Notes under the pieces: generated by a model
Database searches by the model: none
The model's input: only the letters and a program-made list of their open reading frames with translations
What the model was told of the DNA's origin: nothing
Origin: Octopus bimaculoides
Lineage: Eukaryota
DNA length: 64,000 nucleotides
Assembly: GCF_001194135.2 (NCBI RefSeq)
Contig: NC_068984.1
Span: 110,511,639-110,575,638, forward strand
Direction of reading: 5' to 3'
Shown: piece after piece, positions 62,900 to 64,000 of the stretch
How positions within the stretch are numbered: position 1 is the first letter of the stretch
Layout: every line of letters begins with the position of its first letter
Program-made: the position numbers and the translations under genes

Positions 62900-63936
62900 G
62901 TTAATAAAGTCCCAGTTGCTGCTCAAGCAGTTGTTGTTGTTGTTGCTGTTGTAGTTTCTTTTGCTGCTGTAGTTATTGTTTCAGATGTTTTTGTTGTCTT
63001 CATCTTTTTTTATTACAATTCTTTTGTTTTCCTTTCGTAGTGTTGAGATTATTCTTCAGGTGTTTGCATCGGTAGCGACGGCGGTGATGGTACTGAAGCT
63101 GTTCCTCTTGTTGGTGGAGTCGCTGGTGGGTGTTGGTGTCGTTTCTCTTATTGTTGTTGTTCGTGTTGTTGTCAGTGTTGTTGCTGTTGATGCTGATGAT
63201 GTTCATGCTGCCTGATAGTGATGGTGGTGGCAATGGTCACTTGTAGTGACTTATAATGATGTTGGCAGTGATGGTGGTGGTAGGGATGGTGGTGGTAGGG
63301 ATGGTGGTGGTAGGGATGGTGTTGGTGATGGTGGTGGTGGCTATGTTGGCAGTTGTGTTGATGTTGCTGGTGATGTTGGCAGTGGTGGTGATGCTGGTAG
63401 TGGTAGTGGTGTTGGCAGCAATGGTGATGTTGTTGTTGGCAGTGGTGGTGTTGTTGGCAGTGGTGGTGATGGTGGCAATGGTGGTGATGGTGGCAGTGGT
63501 GGTGATGGTGGCAGTGGTGGTGATACTGGTAGTGGTGGTGTTGGTGATGTTGGCAGTGGTAGTAATGTTGGTAGTGGTAGTGGTGTTAGCAGTAATGGTG
63601 ATGTTGTTGTTGTTGGTGGTGTTGGTGATGTTGGCAGTGGTGGTGATGGTGGCAGTGGTGGTGATGGTGGCAGTGGTGGTGATGGTGGCAGTGGTGGTGA
63701 TACTGGTAGTGGTGGTGTTGGTGATGTTGGCAGTGGTGATAATGTTGGTAGTGGTAGTGGTGTTAGCAGCAATGGTGATGTTGTTGTTGGTGGTGGTGGT
63801 GATGTTGGCAGTGGTGGTGATGCTGCTAGTGATAGTGGTGTTGGTGTTGCAGTTAATGGTGGCGGTCATGTTGGTAGCAGATGGTGATGTTGCTGTTGTT
63901 ATTGTTGATGATAGTGGCCCTGGTAATAGCAACTAA
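62900..63936 (+). repeat. Decayed (GTT/GGT/GAT/AGT)n array with a 177-bp higher-order duplication
   Basis: gatactggtagtggtggtgttggtgatgttggcagtggt at 63522 and 63699. Confidence 0.9.
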
Positions 63937-63953
63937 AAATTTTGTTACATAAT

Positions 63954-64000
63954 TAGGTGCAGGAGTGGCTGTGTGGTAAGTAGCTTGCTTACCAACCACA
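63954..64000 (+). mobile_element. SINE family A head, runs off the window
   Basis: taggtgcaggagtggctgtgtggtaagtagcttgcttaccaaccaca. Confidence 0.9.

Overview
AT-rich, microsatellite-saturated eukaryotic genomic DNA from a gapped draft scaffold (14 N-runs). The SINE families and simple-repeat density point to an octopod cephalopod, probably Octopus; this is inference, not a database result. I find no credible host protein-coding gene, rRNA, true tRNA gene or CRISPR array. Almost all long ORFs in the track are artefacts of N-runs, (TA)n/(CA)n or decayed trinucleotide repeats. The window is mostly layered mobile-element debris: four abundant tRNA-derived SINE families plus one V-domain-like SINE, a decayed near-full-length Ty3/Gypsy element (10.8-14.9 kb, minus), RTE LINE fragments, four 3' ends of an R4/Dong-like RLE retrotransposon sitting in (TAA)n tracts, mariner, hAT and TTAA-flanked MITEs, and two Penelope-like GIY-YIG relics. 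The most notable signal is a dispersed set of Penelope-type type-I hammerhead ribozyme motifs: one with a fully canonical core (42713-42780, minus), one with an intact core and an unusually long stem II just downstream of a Penelope ORF relic (31300-31413, minus), an inverted pair forming a 95-bp foldback (61859-62074), and several fainter relics. Several long foldback elements and an inverted integrase patch inside the Gypsy RT are also worth checking. All structures were read by eye; coordinates of decayed elements are approximate.
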